Shown here piece by piece: positions 57,044-64,000 of a DNA stretch of 64,000 nt. The notes under the pieces are model-generated. The model saw only the letters and a program-made list of their open reading frames with translations. It had not been told where the DNA came from and did no database searches. The translations under genes were made by a program, and so were the position numbers. Origin of the DNA: Octopus sinensis (lineage: Eukaryota); the NCBI RefSeq assembly GCF_006345805.1, contig NC_043004.1, positions 33,046,001-33,110,000 of the forward strand, written 5' to 3'. Position 1 is the stretch's first letter, and each line of letters opens with the position of its first letter.

Positions 57044-57199
57044 TGCCAGATAGATAGATAGATTCATATATATCTATAAGTGTATGTATGTATATATACA
57101 TATCTATATAACTTTGATAAATTTTGGCCAGTATAGGCCCAGGTCATGTCTAACTTAATAGCACCACCTGGTGAAGTCGTTTAGTCATTTATGGAGCAC

Positions 57200-57530
57200 C
57201 ATGGCCCACTCTAGCAAAGTGTTACTATTGTTGGAGACATATCCGAGTGCAAGAGGTTGGTCCAGTGTTTTTTGAAGAAATTTGTCCTGTGAACTTTTGA
57301 ATTTTATGGGATCTGTTTCCATTTTGATGTATTAAAGAGAGCTGGATCAGTTGAGGTCAAGTAGTTGTGATTTAATGTTGTTATGTGTCTGAATTTCAAT
57401 TTTTGTAGTGGGCGGATAGCATGGGGGCCAAGTCTTGGATGGATTTTGAAATACATATATTAACAGGGTCAATTATGAATAATCGTCAAAGGGAGATAAT
57501 CCCCTGTTGTTGACTAATGAAGCCTTTTTC
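57200..57530 (-). mobile_element. CR1/L2-group LINE ORF2 3' end
   Basis: FKIHPRLGPHAIRP...HITTLNHNYLTSTDPALFN...KMETDPIKFKS..DKFLQKTLDQP...GYVSNNSNTLLEWA. Confidence 0.75.
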
Positions 57531-57584
57531 CTCCAACATTTTCTAGAGGCTACTTCCCAGGGAGGTCATAGGGCAACAGGTTTA

Positions 57585-57644
57585 GGGTCTGAAGCAATGC
57601 TGTAAAGCTAAGTGTTTTATGGATGTGAAACCCCAGGGTAACCC
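57585..57644 (+). ncRNA. Hammerhead-like motif with one core deviation
   Basis: gggt-CTGAAGC-...ctgtaaagc/gttttatgg stem II...-GAAA-ccc-ca-ggg-TA-accc. Confidence 0.55.
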
Positions 57645-57663
57645 CATAACCCAGCCATATCTT

Positions 57664-57723
<60 letters not shown>

Positions 57724-57748
57724 TGAGGGTACTACTATTCGTAGATAC

Positions 57749-57791
<43 letters not shown>

Positions 57792-57981
57792 TGAGTGAGA
57801 GGACAACCAAAAGAAAAAGGCACACAGCACATTCACTAGGAGTTACATATACTATTATTTGGAACAATACGATTTGACCCCATATGACTGTATTGTAGGT
57901 TCATTAGGTTTCTGTAATAACCCTACTAAACTCGGAGCTGAATCAAACTGATTTAAATAATAACATCTATATATATATATA

Positions 57982-58015
<34 letters not shown>

Positions 58016-58226
58016 CATATGAGAGGCATTGGTATCCTGAAGACCCAAGGTGGCAGGTAAGGCTATGTAAGCGTTTTAGAAGGACTGTAGTTAAACTCTC
58101 AGTTCGATAATAATACGAGTTGGGAGTCTAATGCAAACCTTGTATGAGCATGTATACCTTAAATAAAATGAGACAACAAAGCTCAGGCTGTGAGGAATTT
58201 TCAGGACATTAATAAAGAGAAAGTTA

Positions 58227-58274
58227 GACTTACAGCTGTTTCTGGGATATTAGGGATATTCCTTCGTCAGAGAC
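58227..58274 (-). ncRNA. Minimal type I hammerhead, inverted copy
   Basis: Reverse complement reads gtct-CTGACGA-...-GAAA-cagctg-TA-agtc. Confidence 0.7.
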
Positions 58275-58345
58275 GATGTGAGATGGTTAAATAGAGGGAA
58301 ATAGTAGAGCTCTACTATTTCCCTCTATTTAACCATCTCACATTT

Positions 58346-58391
58346 TCTCTGATGAAGGAATATCCCTAATATCCCAGAAACAGCTGTAAGA
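58346..58391 (+). ncRNA. Minimal type I hammerhead with palindromic stem/loop III
   Basis: tct-CTGATGA-aggaatatccctaatatccca-GAAA-cagctg-TA-aga. Confidence 0.8.
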
Positions 58392-58566
58392 CTAACTTTT
58401 TCTTTATTAATGTCCTGAAAATTCCTCATTTTATTTGACACACACACACACAGATATATATGTATGTATTATGTATGTAAGTATGTATGTGTGTATGTAT
58501 GTATGTATGTATCTATGTATCTATGTATGTGTATGTATGTATGTATGTATGTATGTATGTATACAT

Positions 58567-58832
58567 GCCCCCTGACTGGCTCCCATGCTGGTGGCATGTA
58601 AAAAGCACTCTCTGAATGTGGTCAATACCAGTGCTGCCTGACTGCCACCCATGCTGGTGGCATGTAAAACGTACCCACTACATTCTCTGAGTGATTGGCG
58701 TTAGGAAGGGCATCCAGCTGTAGGAACCTTGCCAGATCAGATTGGAACCTGGTGCAGCCTCTTGGCTTGGCAGTCCTCAGTCAAACCGTCCAACCCATGC
58801 CAGCATGGAAAGTGGACGTTAAATGATGATGA
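58567..58832 (+). mobile_element. RTE-related non-autonomous element (second copy ~61590-61820)
   Basis: ggcgttaggaagggcatccagctgtag motif, 3' end aacccatgccagcatggaa...gacgttaaa and a (TGA)n tail. Confidence 0.75.
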
Positions 58833-59049
58833 TTGTGTATGTGCATGTGTGTATGTGTGTGTGTGTGTGTGTGTGTGTACATGTATGTATATTCACACAA
58901 ACACCACCTGCCAACTTCCATTCACAAGGCATTGGGCAATTTGAGACAGTAATAAGATCATTTCTCAGAACAATGTGGGGTTTGTGCAGCAGAATTGAAC
59001 CCAGAAACATGTTGGTTTGAAGCCAATTTCTTTGTCACACAGTCTGAAA

Positions 59050-60268
59050 CAAACACAAATTATCTAAAGAACTTTAGAAGAGTTTGAATCTTAAAACACT
59101 AAATTATTAATATATCAGAAAATGAATCAGGAATTTCTTAATGACTTTGAAACACTCCTAATGGAACCATCTCATTCCTTAATAGTTTATTTTCTAGTGG
59201 TTAGGAGGATTTTCATTGCAATTTTCTTTTGCTAATATTTAAACTCAAATGGATACTCGCAAACTTACTGACTACTTTTTAATTAAAATTGAAATTAAAA
59301 TGCTTCATTAAAATTGGAGGCAATATTAGCAAGAATTAGTTTCTTCCCAAAGGTTTAAAACCGTTTCAGAGATATTGCCATGGAATAGTTCTTGGCAATA
59401 TAATTATCCATTCCTGATTTTCCCAAGCTGCTATTCTTTATGTTTGATCTTTATATACAGCAACGTATTCTTGATAATATTCACCTTATTGAAGGCGGCG
59501 AGCTGGCAGAAATGTTAGCACACCGGGCAAAAATGCTTAGTGGTATTTCATCTGTCTTTACATTCTGAGTTCAAATTCCCCCAAGGTCGATTTTGCCTTT
59601 CATTCCTTTGGGGTCAATAAATTAAGTACCAGTTGTGTACTGGGGTCGATCTAATCGACTGCCCTGCTCTCCAAAAATTTTAGGCCTTGTGACTTGACTA
59701 GAAAAGAATATATTTCTTCAAGGCGGTGGGCTGGCAGAAATGTTAGCATGCTGGATGAAATGTATTGTAGTATTTTATCCATCTTTACTATCTGAGTTCA
59801 AATTCTGCTGAGGTTGACTTTGCCTTTCATTCTTTCGGGTTCAATAAATTAAGTACCAGTTGTGTACTAGGGTTGATTTCACCAACTGGACGCCCCCTCC
59901 ACTAAAATTTTGGACATTGTGCCTAGACTAGAAAAGAATATTCACCTTATTCTGTTATCTGATGCCAACCAACACTCATGTTTTACATATTGGTAAAGAA
60001 CCTGTATATTTCCAATGGAGGTTGTTCATAATTTTCAATTGTTGTTAAATCTTTCAAATTCTTGGGATCTGCCCCCATTATGTGTTTTTGATTCTTAAAT
60101 TGGTTGTCTTAAATTTTTGCTCATATAATTCAAAATGGGGTGATATATGCAGCTGAAGATTGCTCTACATTTTAAAACTGATGTAATATTTGTATTGTTT
60201 AATTAAATGAAGTCACATGAAACAATCGTACTGCATTACCTTTGGATATCCTTGTTGCTTATTTTGAT

Positions 60269-60270
<2 letters not shown>
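59050..60270 (+). pseudogene. Possible continuation of the decayed LRR/TLR-like gene (LRRCT-like), split by a SINE A dimer
   Basis: INISENE...FLNSLFSSG*EDFHCNFLLLIFKLKWILANL...LKC resembles LxLsgNPFxCxCxLxxFxxW. Confidence 0.35.
59491..59936 (+). mobile_element. SINE A head-to-tail dimer
   Basis: 15-bp TSD aatattcaccttatt at 59476-59490 and 59937-59951. Confidence 0.9.
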
Positions 60271-60296
<26 letters not shown>

Positions 60297-60300
<4 letters not shown>

Positions 60301-60505
60301 ATCCAAACAAGAAGCACAAAAAAACACAACAACGCGAGGACGTGGAACAAATATAGTATTATTGGACGCTCAGGAAAGAAGGAAAGAAGGCGGGTTTAAC
60401 GTTTCGAGTGGAGCTCTTCTTCGGAAACATAGGAGAAGGAAAGATCCAGAGAAGGGAAGACAGAGGAAAAAAAATCGCCAATGGTACACACGAGGTCACA
60501 TTTTA
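60297..60505 (-). mobile_element. Penelope-like short repeat (same family as 8596-8767), next to (TA)n
   Basis: Hammerhead-like gttt-CCGAAGA-a-gag-ctcca-ctc-GAAA-cg-TT-aaac at 60394-60428 on the minus strand. Confidence 0.65.
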
Positions 60506-61198
60506 AAAAGGGGTGTATATATATATACGCCCCTGTTATCAGTTCAAATACACTTGAGGAATATTGAAACCCATGTGAAAGCCATTCATTATATCTTGTG
60601 ATGGAGAAAAGTTTTCACTAAAGACAAATAGGTGTCAGCAGATCAAGTCAGTTCAAAGCACTCCTTATCCATATTGATGGGAGCATGTATTTTGGAGTAG
60701 TTATTTTCTCTTCAGCACCAGACATTGGAGAAGAGGAGCACTGTGAACCAAGAAAGAGGTAAGGCTCTCTAATCATATTCCAGTCATCATACTATGTCAC
60801 TGGCTGCACTGATCAGTAGCTGGCTATAAATAAAATGAGGAGTAGAAGCGCTAAGTAGTGATGTGTACAAATATAGACTTGTTACCAGTTCAAAATATGC
60901 TTAAGGAGGCCATTCAATATATTTTTGACATGGAGAAAAATTCTCACTGTAGATGAAGAGGTGTAAACACACTGAGCCAGGTAGAACTTAGTGTGTTTAC
61001 ACCTATTTGTCTACAGCGAGATATTCATCATTTTTCAAAATGAAAGTCAAGGTGATTTTCTATATATATTTATATGTGTATGTGTGGGGTATATATATAT
61101 ATATATATATATGTAGGTCCCGGGTTGAGTCGGGGTTAACCACAGTAAATAAGGTACTCAATACATAGCAGAGTAAATTAATTTATTTTATAGAAGGA

Positions 61199-61247
61199 GC
61201 TTCTACAGGACTAGAACTGTTTCATTCAAAAGAAATCATCAGGAAGC
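61199..61247 (-). ncRNA. Type I hammerhead ribozyme motif, copy 3
   Basis: Exact reverse complement of 56018-56066. Confidence 0.8.
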
Positions 61248-61278
61248 CATATATATATATATATATAATATATATATA

Positions 61279-61317
<39 letters not shown>

Positions 61318-61774
61318 TATATACACACACACACATACACACATATATATATATATATATATACACTTGAGGAATATTGAAACCCATGTGAAGCCATTCA
61401 TTATAACTTGAGATGGAGAAAATTTTTCACTAAAGACAAATAGGTGTCAGCACATCAAGTCAGTTCAAAGCACTCCTTATCCATATTGATGGGAGCATGC
61501 ATTGTGGAGTAGCTATTTTCTCTTTGAATTTGTGCTTTTTATATTTTAACATCAATCAAAGGTTGCTTGTCTTACACGTTATTTGGTAACCTGACCATAC
61601 TGGAGTCATGCAAAAAAAAGCACTCTGTACACTCTCTTAAGTGGTTGGCTCTAGGAAAAGTATCCAGCCATAGAAATCATGCCAAACCAACAACAGAGCT
61701 TGGCACTGACCCCTAGCTACCCATCTGTCAAACATCTAAACCATGCCAGCATGGAAAACAGACGTTAAATGACA

Positions 61775-61806
<32 letters not shown>

Positions 61807-62049
61807 AATGATGATGACCATGTTCTTAGAAATATAATGCAAACACAGAAAAACTACTGATTTCTGTGAATGAGATAAATTTTCTGTAATTATTCCAGAA
61901 TATAATTAAATGCTTAGTTTTTCGTTAGTGTATTTTAACATTTCGTTGGTGTTAAATATATACATACATGAATTACAGTTCTATACAGGTATGTAATTAA
62001 TATATAAACTTTCAACTTGTTCCTATGGATTCGCACGTGTTCGATTCCT

Positions 62050-63440
62050 GAAGAATAAAGAGAGAATATTTGTAAGTTTGAGAGATTACAGTTGGAAATG
62101 TTTGAAACTTTATTTCCTTCTTCTCTTTTGATTAAGCTTCAACCAACATTTGGTAATAACTTTTGTATTTTTTTTACACCATTATAGGTTCTCATGTTTC
62201 TATCAAGGGATCTTGGAGGCATTTCAAAATCTTCTCTATGAGTAGAATGTGCAAAAATCTATTTCTTTGTCATGATATAAGCCTATTTAGAAATCCTGCA
62301 TAGTTGTTTTTATTGCTTTTTCTGTATCTAAAGCAAGTTTTGTGTGCCAATATTCCACAAGATTGCTGGAATATTTTTACATTTGGCTTAATCTTTACTA
62401 GGTACTTTGCAAATCAAAAGTTCCACGGAACTGTTATCCAAAATTCTGTGAGTCTAAATATGCTGGTATGACTGAAGTTTCTAACTTGGAGATCAGTGAT
62501 TCTTGAAAAGGTAATTTGATGTAAATAATACTTCGATAAAGGGCAACATTCACGTGGATATTAATTAGTTTAGCGCTAAAGAAACTTATGACATCAATAC
62601 ATATTTAGTCTGTGGTGCAGTTACAAAAGGTTTCTCATACAAATATCTATTAAAATATAAATTATCTTATAAGATGGAAGCATAGTTTTACCCAAATTAA
62701 ATAATAAGTTGTAGCTAGCCTCAGATAAAATCTTATGTCTGAAAGATTTTTATCAATGGTGCCATCCATATTAATTTAACTCTTGGTAATGATCAAGGTA
62801 ATTGAAATGAAGGAAATGTCTTGGCGAGTGAAAACACAATATTAATCAAAGTATGAATAGAAACTGATTTATCTTCACAGATTCACATTGGTCACTTTCA
62901 AATATTTCGCTGGAGCTGCGATTATGAAATCTTTTCTGGCCAAACTAACAACAGAGAAACTTTGAAAATGGTCAGCATTTTATCTAATTTTTCATGGTAG
63001 AAATAACTTGTAATAAAATTTTGTCAAGAAAGATTTATAATGGAACGTAGTTACAGCATTCTGATTATAAGCACAGATAGATATAGCTATAAACGTAGTT
63101 ATAAACATAGATAGATATAGTTATAGGCATAAATAGATATGTTATAAACAGACACAGAAATACAGAGAGAAATAGTTATAAACGTAGATTGCTAGCATTG
63201 TAATGGTGAGCACGGCCATGAACATTGGAAGAGACTGAACAAATATATCAAAGATCACTATTATTATTCATGCTCATTCATTTCAATAATTCAACTCAAT
63301 CATATTAGCCTTAAATATAAAATATTTACGAACATTTTGACCAAATTTATTTAGGCTCCCATCAATCTCTTGGAGGAGTCGAACATATTTTTTCCCTTTG
63401 CTCTCATCATGCATCAAATGCATCTGAACCAATCTAAGTT
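62050..63440 (-). pseudogene. Probable second decayed LRR (TLR-like) coding remnant
   Basis: LLQEIDGSLNKFGQN, LRSIINLS*QNFI, EASYNLLFNLGKTMLPS, then YEKPF/CNCT across a frameshift (LRRCT NPFxCxC-like). Confidence 0.4.
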
Positions 63441-63442
63441 TG

Positions 63443-64000
63443 CGTACATACATACATACACATACACATACACGTACATGCATACAAACATACATACATG
63501 CATATATACACACATACATACATACATACATACATACACAGACACATACACATACATACATATATGCATACATACAAACATAAATACATACACATACATA
63601 CATACATACATACATACATACATACATACATACACACATACATACATATATGCATACATACAAACATAAATACATACACATACATACATACATATATACA
63701 CACACACGTACATACATACATACATACATACATGTGTACATACACATACATACATACACACACACATACATACATATATGCATACATACAAACATAAATA
63801 TATACACATACATACATGCATATATACACATACACGTACATGCATACATACATACATACATGTGTACATACACACACATATACATACATATACACACATA
63901 CATACAAACATAAATACATACACATATGTACATACATACATACACATACATGCACACATATACATACATACACAAACATACATACATACATACATACATA
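63443..64000. repeat. Complex (CATA)/(CA) microsatellite with recurring sub-blocks
   Basis: Block gcatacatacaaacataaatacatacac recurs; the tract runs off the window. Confidence 0.95.

Larger units (their letters stand above)
58191..58428. repeat. 238-bp spacerless palindrome (Penelope-like pLTR remnant) with a minimal hammerhead on each strand
   Basis: Symmetry centre agag|ctct at 58309/58310; only a few mismatches between arms. Confidence 0.92.

Overview
Repeat-dominated, AT-rich eukaryotic genomic DNA. The SINE families and microsatellite load look like an octopus (coleoid cephalopod) genome; this is inferred from recalled repeat sequences, not from a search. No intact host protein-coding gene is supported, and nearly all ORFs in the track are translated microsatellites or SINEs. 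The window holds decayed DNA transposons (Tc1/mariner, hAT), LINE fragments (R4/Dong-like, RTE, CR1/L2-like), many copies of three tRNA-derived SINE families, a CpG-rich promoter-like patch near 28.5 kb, a ~1.2 kb-period higher-order (CATA)n satellite, and probable decayed LRR/TLR-like genes at 52.9-63.4 kb. Three signals stand out. (1) Several distinct families of minimal type-I hammerhead-ribozyme motifs of Penelope/retrozyme type, in tandem and palindromic arrangements and mostly beside (TA)n tracts, clustered at 56-61 kb inside a ~0.85 kb inverted repeat. (2) A Meta-domain SINE that repeatedly inserts at GGTA(T/C)T sites, including inside its own copies, building headless tandem arrays. 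(3) Many short fold-back elements.
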